Shown: positions 1 through 8,712 of the stretch, one piece after another
Layout: each line of letters starts with the position of its first letter
Position numbering within the stretch: the first letter of the stretch is position 1
From: Patescibacteria group bacterium
GTDB lineage: Bacteria > Patescibacteriota > Patescibacteriia > UBA10025 > JBIOWE01
Length of the DNA: 64,000 nucleotides
Reading direction: 5' to 3'
Assembly (NCBI GenBank): GCA_044868145.1
Contig: JBIOWE010000006.1
Span: 14,558 to 78,557, forward strand
Notes under the pieces: generated by a model
Seen by the model: only the letters and a program-made list of their open reading frames with translations
Databases searched by the model: none
What the model was told of the DNA's origin: nothing
Program-made: the position numbers and the translations under genes

Positions 1-134
1 TCTAACTCCTTTTCGCGTGCGCGAGCTAATGCTTCGTTCGTGGCAACGATGCCAACTTGTTGGCCGGTTTCATCGATGAGCCGGACACGCGGGGCGCGTA
101 TCTGCTCGTTGACCCGAGGACGTTTTGTTTGAAT
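1..134 (-). CDS. infC: Translation initiation factor IF-3, N-terminal part (partial; runs off the window)
   Basis: The minus-strand frame reads ...(I)QTKRPRVNEQIRAPRVRLIDETGQQVGIVATNEALARAREKEL, matching the IF-3 N-domain. There is no in-frame ATG after the upstream stop; an ATT at 132-134 is a plausible start, since infC is known to use AUU. This CDS is not in the ORF track. Confidence 0.55.
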   Translation of the reverse strand, partial: MQTKRPRVNEQIRAPRVRLIDETGQQVGIVATNEALARAREKEL

Positions 135-146
135 GGGTGTGAGGAG

Positions 147-407
147 TTAATGGTTAGACGAAAGGTACTGTCGTAACTGTTTTTTGAGAAATCTATGGCC
201 TGCGCCACTTTTTAGAAAGCGTTCTCTGCCTTTCGCGTCTTGCTTATGTAAATAACACTCTGAATATATGACGCGTAAATTCTTTCTGTTTTTTGTGGAA
301 ATGACATGTTTTGTTTGATGTTGCTCGATTCGCAGTTTGAGATTTGACGAGTACCCGATGTACCACTTTTTCTGTTCATCTTCTAAGAGATAGACCGTAT
401 AAAACAT
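147..407 (-). CDS. GIY-YIG nuclease family small protein (UPF0213/YhbQ-like)
   Basis: N-terminal FYTVYLL...WYIGYSSNLKLRIEQH GIY-YIG motif. The protein is about 86 aa. It is one of five related GIY-YIG modules in the window. Confidence 0.7.
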   Translation of the reverse strand: MFYTVYLLEDEQKKWYIGYSSNLKLRIEQHQTKHVISTKNRKNLRVIYSECYLHKQDAKGRERFLKSGAGHRFLKKQLRQYLSSNH

Positions 408-545
408 TTATTATTATGTGTCACGTAAAGTCGCCTGATCGGCGACCACGTGACTATACGTAAAGTTTATTGTTTGAAGGTTTCCTAGCGTGGTCTCGGA
501 TAGGTGGTTCCACCACGTGGTCACGAACAAAGTGAGTGACTTTAC

Positions 546-943
546 GTGGTGGAGATGGCGGGTATTTCACCCGCGTCTAGATTTTCCGTATCAAAACATC
601 TACAAGCGTAGCGCATTTCAAGGTTTCAGGCAACAAGGTCAAAATGTGCAAAAGCCTCGCTACCCAATCCTTCGTTGTTTTCGGACGCGCCGGAAGGAAC
701 AGCGAGCCCTATCCTACTAATTTGACACCGAGGGTTCGGCTAGTAGGAGTCGCCGATCTCGATGGCTGAAGCGTTTTAGGCAACAGCGAGTGAAGGAACC
801 GCAAATGCATTCGCAAATGCTGTCTTCACTTTGTTCACAAATGATTTGGCATTTATGAGATTCTACGTTGGTTTTACGTCGCACCGTAGAGCGGACGGCT
901 TGCCGTTTTGACAAAGATCCTCTATCGATTATTGAGCATCCCC
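546..943 (-). ncRNA. ssrA: tmRNA (ssrA), about 398 nt
   Basis: The minus strand starts GGGGATGCTCAATAATCGATAGAGG. It ends GCGGGTGAAATACCCGC-CATCTCC-A-CCA, i.e. a T-arm-like stem-loop plus a 7-nt acceptor strand complementary to the 5' GGGGATG, a discriminator and CCA. An internal frame ...GCGAATGCATTTGCGGTTCCTTCACTCGCTGTTGCCTAA encodes a plausible tag peptide, ANAFAVPSLAVA*. smpB lies adjacent on the same strand. Confidence 0.6.
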
Positions 944-1110
944 AAGATTTTCGAAAACTCCTTTTTTAAAAGTAGTTTTCGACGCTTTCCGCAAAAGTTT
1001 TTGTATCGCTCAGTTTGGGACCTTGTAACCCAAACTTCGCGATGGATTCTTTTTTCGGAAACCCTTTATTGAAAGTGTTTCCGAACCTTCGCAAAAAAGC
1101 ATTCAGGTGC

Positions 1111-1557
1111 CTACGTCTTTCCTCTCATTATTCGGCGTATTGCACGGTCGGTTTCGCGTTTTTTCAGAATCTGCCGTTTATCGAATTGCCGCCTGCCGCG
1201 GCACACGCCAACCTCGATTTTCACGAAACCGCCTTTAGTATAAACAGAAAGCGGGAGCACTGTCAACCCTTTCGCGTGGATTTTGCCGATCAGCGTGGCG
1301 ACCTGATGCTTCTTGAGAAGCAACTTCCGGTCACGGGTCGGGTCATAGAAAGACTGCAATGCCATGCGGTAGGGGGCAACGTGACCATTCAAAAGCCAAA
1401 GCTCACCGCCTTTTTGCACCACATAGCTGCCGGTTAAATTGACCTGGCCGCGTTTTGCCGACTTCACTTCTGGTCCCGTCAACACAATGCCAGCTTCGAA
1501 TTTTTCTAGAACGTCATAGTCGAACAGCGCCTTTTTATTTTTTACAATAAGTGTCAT
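1111..1557 (-). CDS. smpB: SsrA-binding protein SmpB
   Basis: Full-length similarity to SmpB (KKALFDYDVLEKFEAGIVLTGPEVKS...GHVAPY...KLLLKK). It sits next to the tmRNA candidate. Confidence 0.9.
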   Translation of the reverse strand: MTLIVKNKKALFDYDVLEKFEAGIVLTGPEVKSAKRGQVNLTGSYVVQKGGELWLLNGHVAPYRMALQSFYDPTRDRKLLLKKHQVATLIGKIHAKGLTVLPLSVYTKGGFVKIEVGVCRGRRQFDKRQILKKRETDRAIRRIMRGKT

Positions 1558-1621
1558 GTTCTGGCATTATATCATTTTGTGAAAACAAAAGCCTATCATT
1601 GTGATAGGCTTATTACTGGTC

Positions 1622-2068
1622 TTACCGACCAAAGTTGGATTCGCGAACACTCTTTCTCAGCTTCTCAGCCGCAGCGATAGTTTCGATAATGTACACACTG
1701 ATAAGGGAAGTGAAAATGTCTTTCACGAAACTTTGAAATCGAGCCGAGGCAATTGCTTTGTCGAGCGATTCAAGCCCCCTTGCTTGTTGAATCCGTACTG
1801 CTTGAAGTCGGCTATAACCACACACGATCGTCTCGAGTCCTTTTGTGTTGGTAACAGTCCCTTCGCATATGACCTCTATGTTATGCTCCAGAAAAATACC
1901 AGCCAGTAATGATGTCATCCGCTCAAAATCGAACTTATCGTTGCTCCATGTTGCCCATTTTTCTCCCCACTGCCGTGTCACTTGCTCAATCAATCCAGCA
2001 GGCATCCCAAATGCCTTTGTAAAAGATTTCTCGAGCAAAGAGAAAACCTCTTTATTTGAATGTGCCAT
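1622..2068 (-). CDS. Hypothetical protein
   Basis: Clean 148-aa ORF with no motif I can recognise. Confidence 0.4.
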   Translation of the reverse strand: MAHSNKEVFSLLEKSFTKAFGMPAGLIEQVTRQWGEKWATWSNDKFDFERMTSLLAGIFLEHNIEVICEGTVTNTKGLETIVCGYSRLQAVRIQQARGLESLDKAIASARFQSFVKDIFTSLISVYIIETIAAAEKLRKSVRESNFGR

Positions 2069-2347
2069 GGTTCCTCCTCCTTGTTTGTTTTGATATCCTA
2101 GCGCTGTTACTTTATTTTGTCAACCCATTGAGAATCTCTCTGTTGTAGAGCGATTGTGCATAGAAAGCTTGACGCGGCCAGATGATAGATGCTAAGATTC
2201 TCTATTGGTTTTGAACGTTGAAAATTCATCAATTAGCGCTAGAAAAGGAGGTGAATGTGAGTAGTAGCGGAGTGCTATACTGTTGATTTTCTAAACCCGT
2301 ATAAACAAGCAACAGCAGAACTGAAAAAGTTCAGGAGGTTCAAAGAA

Positions 2348-3937
2348 ATGAAGAAAGTCATTATTGATGGCAACAGTTTAACAATCGAAGATGTTGTACT
2401 GGTTGCCAGAGGAAGCGTAGAAGATGGGGAGCATAGGTGCCCACATGTAGAAATTTCTGAAGAGGCAAAGAAGAAAGTGAAAGATTCTCGGGCCGTGGTC
2501 GACCATATTGTCGAACAAGGGCTCGTCCGATACGGTATTACGACTGGCTTTGGTCAATTCCAAAATTCAAAAATACTGACTCCCGAAGACGCTGAGTTGC
2601 TTCAAAGGAATATTGCTCTAAGTCATTCTGCCGGCGTCGGGGATTTGTTCCCAATCGAGATTGTCCGTGCAATTATGTTTTTGCGCGCTAACACTCTTGC
2701 GAAGGGATATTCTGGTGTTCGGTTGGAAACATTACAGCTTTTGATTGATATGCTCAACAAAGGCATCTATCCTGTGATACCAGAGCAGGGATCTGTCGGC
2801 GCGAGTGGCGACTTGGCTCCGCTGGCACACATGACAGCCAGCATGATTGGCCACGGATCAGCCGTGTTTGGGGGAGAGGTTTACAATAGCGCTGATGCGT
2901 TGAGGAAGGTCGGTCTTGAACCCATTGTGTTAAGCTACAAAGAAGGACTGGCTTTAACGAATGGGACACAAGTCATGACCGCCATAGGTGTACTTGCGTA
3001 TCATGATGCATGTCGATTGGTAACCACAGCGGACATTGCCCTATCTCTAACGGTGCAAGCTGTCTTAGGCCATACATCTCCCTTCATGGAGTTTATTCAC
3101 GAAGCTCGTCCGTATCCCGGTCAGCAAAAGGCTGCAAAAAACATGCGTCAGCTGTGTGAGGGGAGCATGGTGCTTAATCTTTCTGAAAATCAGGCCCCGG
3201 AAAAACGCAAGGAATCAGTGCAAAATTCCTATTCCATCCGGTGCGCTCCTCAAGTTCATGGTGCTGCGTGGACCAACCTATCATTCATTCGTCAGGTTTT
3301 GGAAATCGAAATTAATTCAGCCACTGATAACCCGTTGATATCCATCGAGTTAGGCGATTCTTTTTCGGGCGGCAACTTTCATGGTCAGCCGATCAGTCAG
3401 GTAATGGATTTTTTAAAAATTACCATGGCGGAGATTGGCAGCATTTCCGAACGGAGAACGTTCAAGCTCATTGACGAGAATCATAACGGTGGCTTGCCAG
3501 AATGTTTGATAGAGCCGAAAGGTAAAAGTGGGCTCAACTCCGGTTTTATGATCGCTCAGTATACTGCAGCTGCTCTAGTTTCTGAGAATAAAGTGTTATG
3601 TCACCCCGCGAGTGTTGACTCGATCCCTACTGCGTCTGATTCAGAGGATCATGTGAGCATGGGGCCCGTTGCTGCTCGGCAGGCCCGAGAGATTATCGGG
3701 AACGTGACGAACGTTCTTGCGATTGAGTTTTTATGCGCCTGTCAGGCAATGGATCTCAGAATAAAAACCGGTTTTAAGGACTTTTCGGGAGCTGCCATGA
3801 AGATACGCGATGAAGTCCGCAAGTTTGTGCCATATCTCGAGCAAGATGAGATGCTATCAGACAAAATCAGTGCTGTAAGAAAACTGATTAGTTCCAATAA
3901 AATCATCGAAGCGGTAAAAGAGTACATTGAATTCTAG
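2348..3937 (+). CDS. hutH: Histidine ammonia-lyase (aromatic amino acid ammonia-lyase/MIO family)
   Basis: GASGDLAPLAH Ala-Ser-Gly MIO-forming motif; full-length HAL/PAL fold with the conserved ...NPLI... and C-terminal helices. Confidence 0.8.
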   Translation: MKKVIIDGNSLTIEDVVLVARGSVEDGEHRCPHVEISEEAKKKVKDSRAVVDHIVEQGLVRYGITTGFGQFQNSKILTPEDAELLQRNIALSHSAGVGDLFPIEIVRAIMFLRANTLAKGYSGVRLETLQLLIDMLNKGIYPVIPEQGSVGASGDLAPLAHMTASMIGHGSAVFGGEVYNSADALRKVGLEPIVLSYKEGLALTNGTQVMTAIGVLAYHDACRLVTTADIALSLTVQAVLGHTSPFMEFIHEARPYPGQQKAAKNMRQLCEGSMVLNLSENQAPEKRKESVQNSYSIRCAPQVHGAAWTNLSFIRQVLEIEINSATDNPLISIELGDSFSGGNFHGQPISQVMDFLKITMAEIGSISERRTFKLIDENHNGGLPECLIEPKGKSGLNSGFMIAQYTAAALVSENKVLCHPASVDSIPTASDSEDHVSMGPVAARQAREIIGNVTNVLAIEFLCACQAMDLRIKTGFKDFSGAAMKIRDEVRKFVPYLEQDEMLSDKISAVRKLISSNKIIEAVKEYIEF

Positions 3938-3949
3938 CCACATAAAATT

Positions 3950-4023
3950 GGAGGCGTAGTGCTAGTGGCCCAGCACGGTTGGTTGTGGCCCAACAAACAC
4001 GGGTTCGAATCCCGTCGCCTCTA
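3950..4023 (+). tRNA. tRNA-His (anticodon GTG)
   Basis: Hand-folded cloverleaf. Acceptor GGAGGCG/CGCCTCT with G1-U72; D-stem GTGC/GCAC; anticodon stem GTTGG/CCAAC with loop TTGTGGC (anticodon GTG); T-arm ACGGG-TTCGAAT-CCCGT; discriminator A. It lies immediately upstream of hisS. Confidence 0.8.
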
Positions 4024-4052
4024 ATATTTACTACCAGAGGAGGTGGTACGTA

Positions 4053-5453
4053 GTGAATCAAGAAAAACAAGATAGAATACAGCCGAAGATCTTGCGTGGA
4101 ATGAGGGATTATCTCCCAAGCCAAATGATGGCTCGACAGGGCATGATCGCAACGATACGATCGGTGTATGAACTGTACGGATTTGTTCCGCTCGATACAC
4201 CAGCGATAGAATGGTTGCCAGTACTCACCGGCCAATACGGAGGACAAACAGACATGGACATCTTTACGTTGAAAGATCCAGATGGAGAGCCTGCGGCGCT
4301 CCGGTTTGATCTCACTGTTCCTCTGGCGCGCGTGGTGGCAATGTATCCTGACTTGCCTCGTCCATTCAAACGGTATCATGTTGCGCCCGTGTGGCGAGCT
4401 GACAAGCCAGCCCCTGGACGTTTCCGAGAATTTCTGCAATTTGACGCAGACATCGTCGGTACATCGTCCATGGCTGCGGACACCGAGATCATAGCGATCA
4501 TGTATGATACACTCAGCGCACTTGGCGTTCAACGGTTTATCATTCGTTTCAGCAATAGGAAAGTACTGAATCGTTTGATACAAAAAGCTGGCATTGATCC
4601 TTTCTTCGCGGTTGATGTTTTCCGCATCCTCGATAAGGTCGAAAAACTTAGCCTTGATGGTGTAAAGGAAGAGTTAATGCGACAGGGTGAACCCGGAGTT
4701 GACCAGCGAGAAATTGTTGCGAGTGCACGTTGCCTTGGTTTACCTGAGTCATCCGCCGATACAGTGTTGAATTTTTTGAAGATCCGCGGTAACAATGACG
4801 AAGTTCTGAAGCAGCTAAGCGAGTTCTTTGATGATCTTGCGGGCGCTCGGGAAGGGATACAGGAGCTCGCGGCAATCTTACAGGGCCTTCGGTCCCTGGA
4901 GATTCCAGAAGATCGATACACCATCGATCTGTCAATTGCACGTGGCCTTCTTTACTACACCGGACCGGTGTTTGAAACGTCATTACTGGACGCGGAACGA
5001 TTTGGAAGCGTATTCTCAGGCGGGAGGTTCGATCGTCTGATTGGACGATTCCTCGGCGAAGACGTGCCAGCAACGGGGGCATCAATCGGTGTTGATCGAT
5101 TATTGGCAGCGCTCGAGGCACTGGATCTCATCAAATCGCAGCCCACGCCTGCGCAAGTGCTTGTGACGATTCTTGACTGGAATCGCATGAACGACTACCT
5201 GCAGATTGTTGGAGAGATCCGACGCGCAGGCATTCCCGCGGAACTCTATATGGGCGAAAAGGCACCTATTGGTAAGCAATTACAATATGCCAATCGACAG
5301 AGTATCCCGCTGGCAGTTATCGCGGGTCCAAAAGAGTTCACGGCAGGAACGGTTACCGTGAAAGAACTCTTACGAGCTCTGGAGGATACATCGAAACAAA
5401 CATCTATTGAAAGAAAACAGCTCATTCCCTTTATTAGGCAGATGCTCTCTTAA
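4053..5453 (+). CDS. hisS: Histidyl-tRNA synthetase
   Basis: Class II HisRS motifs (RGMRDYLP, ...FRYERPQ-like RFDLTVPLAR, GGRYD-like GGRFDRL). GTG start preceded by a GGAGGTGG RBS. Confidence 0.9.
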   Translation: MNQEKQDRIQPKILRGMRDYLPSQMMARQGMIATIRSVYELYGFVPLDTPAIEWLPVLTGQYGGQTDMDIFTLKDPDGEPAALRFDLTVPLARVVAMYPDLPRPFKRYHVAPVWRADKPAPGRFREFLQFDADIVGTSSMAADTEIIAIMYDTLSALGVQRFIIRFSNRKVLNRLIQKAGIDPFFAVDVFRILDKVEKLSLDGVKEELMRQGEPGVDQREIVASARCLGLPESSADTVLNFLKIRGNNDEVLKQLSEFFDDLAGAREGIQELAAILQGLRSLEIPEDRYTIDLSIARGLLYYTGPVFETSLLDAERFGSVFSGGRFDRLIGRFLGEDVPATGASIGVDRLLAALEALDLIKSQPTPAQVLVTILDWNRMNDYLQIVGEIRRAGIPAELYMGEKAPIGKQLQYANRQSIPLAVIAGPKEFTAGTVTVKELLRALEDTSKQTSIERKQLIPFIRQMLS

Positions 5454-5466
5454 TAAGAAAGCACCT

Positions 5467-5503
5467 AAAGTCACAGATCAAAATGGTCTGTGACTTTTTA
5501 TTT
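5467..5503 (+). terminator. Rho-independent terminator after hisS
   Basis: Hairpin AAGTCACAG/CTGTGACTT followed by a T-tract. Confidence 0.6.
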
Positions 5504-5928
5504 CTCGTGACATTTGGAAGACAGGCAATGCCTTATCCACACGATGAACTTGACAAGTTACTCTGGACACTGTAAAGTTGGGATTACTCTTTTAAAACAT
5601 TTGTACAAATGCGCTAACATAAGGGAAAAGTAGATGGCGCGGTAGATCATGAGCGAGCCTATGGCAGTGCGAGATAGGCGTTCTACGGCTTTCGAACACA
5701 CCCTTAAAGCAGCTTTGGTCAAAACCAGAGACGGTGGTCACTCCATCGTGAACCTTGAACGAAGTGCCTGGATGTTGCATGAATAGCAAAGTCCGGGAAG
5801 AAGGATGGGACCGCGGGATTAGACTCTCGTTCCTTCATGCAGTACCTTTCTATAGGTAGTGCTTTGGGGACGGGAGTTTTTATTTACTCTTGACATACTA
5901 CATTATACTTCTGCTAGAAATAATTCTT

Positions 5929-6708
5929 ATGGAAAAACTGCAACCACACTTAAAAATCAAACAAGGCGATATCGGTCCTTACGTTTTGCTGCCCGGCGAT
6001 CCTGGTCGCATCAAGCGCATTGTGAAGTATTGGGATGAAGCGAAAGAAATTGTGTTTAATCGTGAGTTCTTGACGTACACTGGCATGTACAAAGGTATAC
6101 CCATTTCGGCGACGTCAACCGGAATCGGTTCACCATCCGCAGCCATTGCGGTTGAAGAACTTTCGAACGTCGGTGCTAAGGTTTTTATTCGCGTTGGCAC
6201 GTGCGGTGCTTTGAAAAAAGAAATTCAGCCTGGCAACCTCATCATTCCTTCTCGAGCGCTGCGAAATGAGGGTACGACACCAGAATATGTTGAATCAGGA
6301 TTTGATGCCGTTCCCGCACCGGAGGTATTTGATGCATTACAGCAAGCCGCGAAAGAGCTGGGCAAGGTGTATTTTGTTGGTGTGAACAGAACGCACGACG
6401 CGTTTTATGAACCAGCACAGAATTTCTTAAGACTCACGGAAATTCCAGAATATAAGAGCGGAGTATTGGTCAGTTCTGAAATGGAATGTTCGACAGTTTT
6501 TGTCACCGCACGACTGCGCGGTTTGAAAGCCGGTGCCGTACTTGCTGTAAACACATCTGAACCGTTGGAAGAGATCGCGAAAAATCCGGATCTGATTTAT
6601 CATCTCGAGACTTCGCCAAAAGCTGATGACGGAATTGATGCCACCATTCAAGTAGCATTGAAAGCGATTGAAGAATTAGAAAAGAAATTGCAATTGAGAA
6701 AAAAATAA
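5929..6708 (+). CDS. Nucleoside phosphorylase, PNP/UDP-1 family (DeoD/uridine phosphorylase-like)
   Basis: PYVLLPGDPGRIKRI ... GIGSPSAAIAVEEL ... RVGTCGAL motifs. ATG at 5929 is preferred over the TTG at 5890; the TTGACA at 5890 looks like a -35 box. Confidence 0.75.
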   Translation: MEKLQPHLKIKQGDIGPYVLLPGDPGRIKRIVKYWDEAKEIVFNREFLTYTGMYKGIPISATSTGIGSPSAAIAVEELSNVGAKVFIRVGTCGALKKEIQPGNLIIPSRALRNEGTTPEYVESGFDAVPAPEVFDALQQAAKELGKVYFVGVNRTHDAFYEPAQNFLRLTEIPEYKSGVLVSSEMECSTVFVTARLRGLKAGAVLAVNTSEPLEEIAKNPDLIYHLETSPKADDGIDATIQVALKAIEELEKKLQLRKK

Positions 6709-6760
6709 GAAAACGTCGAATTGTTCTTTAACAATTTAAAACCAGAAAATGGAGGAACAC

Positions 6761-7594
6761 ATGCAGAAGTACTTAATCCTTTCGGATTTAGATTTAACGC
6801 TCATTAACCGCCAGTACGAGCCAACAATACCTATTGATAGGATCCACGCGGTAGTACAGAGGTGCATTGATCGGGGAACAGTCCTTGGTCTTATCTCTGA
6901 CAGCTCACAAGTAACATTGGAGCGTTGGCAGACACGGTTTCGATTCAATGGGCCTATTATTGCAGAAAAAGGAGCTTATATCATTCTGCCCAATGGCAAT
7001 AAGATTATCACCAGTGACCAACGAGTCGACTGGCCAAAGCTGAAGCGCGATATGATGGAGGCATTGCGCCGAGGTTTCGAAGGCGACATGCAGGTTATCG
7101 AAGATGACTACCTGCGGATTTTGCAACAGGGTATCGCCAAACGGGATAATAAACGTGGCGTAATCATCATGAATAGAAGTCGGCAACATAGCATGAGTTT
7201 TCATGTGCGGATTTTTTATGGAGCGAGAGGGCTTGCGATGAACGGTCTCCTTTTTGAAAAAGGGGTCGAGATTGCTCGTCAGACGCTTGCCAAATCCGGG
7301 CTTCACCAGTTACATTTTGCCCCAAATCCAGCATACGAAATAGTCATCGTGAGCGATCCAGACGTCAACAAAGGGATCGCTATGCCGGTGCTTTTAAACC
7401 ATTATCCAAACCGTACCCTGGTTGTACTCGGTAATGACGCCGGTGAGCTACCCCTTCGACCGTACGCCCAGAAACTTTGCGCTGTGCAAAACGCCACGGA
7501 TGACTTGAAGGCAGTTGCTGATTATGTTGCTCGTAAGCCATACACGGCCGGCGCTCTTGAAATTCTCGAACACATCCACAAGAAAAAGGAGTAA
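6761..7594 (+). CDS. HAD-superfamily hydrolase-like protein (putative)
   Basis: N-terminal LILSDLDLTLI resembles HAD motif I (DxDxT). ATG 6761 carries a GGAGG RBS; the alternative ATG is at 6749. Confidence 0.4.
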   Translation: MQKYLILSDLDLTLINRQYEPTIPIDRIHAVVQRCIDRGTVLGLISDSSQVTLERWQTRFRFNGPIIAEKGAYIILPNGNKIITSDQRVDWPKLKRDMMEALRRGFEGDMQVIEDDYLRILQQGIAKRDNKRGVIIMNRSRQHSMSFHVRIFYGARGLAMNGLLFEKGVEIARQTLAKSGLHQLHFAPNPAYEIVIVSDPDVNKGIAMPVLLNHYPNRTLVVLGNDAGELPLRPYAQKLCAVQNATDDLKAVADYVARKPYTAGALEILEHIHKKKE

Positions 7595-7596
7595 TC

Positions 7597-8559
7597 ATGA
7601 AACCATATGTTGTGACTGAAGACGTTGTATTATTGATGGAACGATGGGCACGCCAAAGCGGATTCGTCCTTCCAAACGTAAAGTTTTTTCTGACGCTGCA
7701 AGATGCGCTCATTCGCTCGTTGCATTTTAGTTTCGAAGATGTCCTTTTCATTCGAGCACACGATATGCAGAGGAAGATGAGAGAGCTTGTCGACGTCTCG
7801 CCTAATGCATTTATTATTTCTGTTGACCAGATTTACAACAGCACGGCTTTTCATCTAGAAAGCAACCGCATTGCTGATGCCGCCACGCTGGAAATTCTCG
7901 GAGAAGCACAACGACCGGGTAGCCCAACGCTTGTTGAACAAATCAGACAGCTACCCAAGGGGCAGCCTATCACGCTTGTCGACGATGGATGTTTTTCAGG
8001 AGATACACTACTACGCATTTACGAGATGTGTAAGCAAGAAAGAGTGGTCGTAGCAAACATTGTTGTCGGCATCTTGATTGACCGACCGAATAACCATCTT
8101 GTTAAAGCGCACCAAGACGTTTCGCTCCATGCTGCATACGAATTTCCATCAGTGATTGATTGGGTATGCGAGCGTGACTTCTTCGTAGGCGTGCCACTGT
8201 CAGGTAGAACTGTTGGAAGAATCCAATCGGATGGTACGGTCGAACCATTATGTCCTGATGTAGCCTTACCGTATTGCTTGCCTTTCGGTGATCCAGTAAA
8301 GTGCGCATCCATTCCTCCTAAAAACGCTATCACGTTTTCCCAGCACTGTTTGCGTTTGAGCAGAGCTTTGTGGGAAGCTGTAGGTGAAGCGTCTGGCAAG
8401 CAAGTATTGGCGCACGACATCCAGAGGATTCCACGGGGGGTTACGCGTGATGACACACCATTTGTTACCATTTTGGACCAAGCCATAGAATTTTTGGAGG
8501 TAAAGTCCAAAAAACTGCACTGCAGCCACCGACCTTTCACCAAAAGCAGTAGGAAATAA
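7597..8559 (+). CDS. Phosphoribosyltransferase-domain protein (type I PRTase fold)
   Basis: PITLVDDGCFSGDTLLRI is a PRPP-binding motif. An N-terminal extension of about 120 aa has unknown function. Confidence 0.55.
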   Translation: MKPYVVTEDVVLLMERWARQSGFVLPNVKFFLTLQDALIRSLHFSFEDVLFIRAHDMQRKMRELVDVSPNAFIISVDQIYNSTAFHLESNRIADAATLEILGEAQRPGSPTLVEQIRQLPKGQPITLVDDGCFSGDTLLRIYEMCKQERVVVANIVVGILIDRPNNHLVKAHQDVSLHAAYEFPSVIDWVCERDFFVGVPLSGRTVGRIQSDGTVEPLCPDVALPYCLPFGDPVKCASIPPKNAITFSQHCLRLSRALWEAVGEASGKQVLAHDIQRIPRGVTRDDTPFVTILDQAIEFLEVKSKKLHCSHRPFTKSSRK

Positions 8560-8576
8560 CCCTACTGCTTTTTTCT
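8545..8576 (+). terminator. Rho-independent terminator
   Basis: AGCAGTAGG/CCTACTGCT hairpin followed by a T-tract. It overlaps the end of the PRTase CDS. Confidence 0.55.
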
Positions 8577-8692
8577 TTGTCATTTCGACGACTAGAGGGA
8601 GGAAAAATCTCCAGATGAGGAGGTATTGGCAAGGAGATTTCTCGTCAGCCTCGACTTCTCTCGGCTTCCTCGAAATGACAACAAGAGGGCCA
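8577..8692. repeat. Structured intergenic repeat, family E (copy 1)
   Basis: Imperfect terminal inverted repeats TGTCATTTCGAC / CGAAATGACAA around an internal GAGGGAGGAAAAATCTCC...GGAGATTTCTC hairpin. A related copy is at 36377-36455. Confidence 0.5.
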
Positions 8693-8712
8693 CGTTATGA
8701 TATAATTGAACC

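Noticed and set aside
490-914. ORF-track CDSs 490-720 (+) and 717-914 (-)
   Set aside because: Both lie entirely within the tmRNA candidate. Their translations are low-complexity and R/C-rich, with no RBS. I judged them artefacts of an RNA gene.
4109-5188. Minus-strand ORFs of 77-157 aa inside hisS
   Set aside because: They are antisense to a confident aminoacyl-tRNA synthetase gene, with no supporting signals.
5780-5810. RNase P RNA, based on AAAGUCCGGG
   Set aside because: The motif is too close to the downstream CDS for an RNase P on the plus strand (P4 5' strand near the 5' end would push the 3' end into the phosphorylase gene). There is no complementary ACAGAAcCCGG P4 partner, and the minus strand lacks the motif. 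It is kept only as an unspecified ncRNA candidate.
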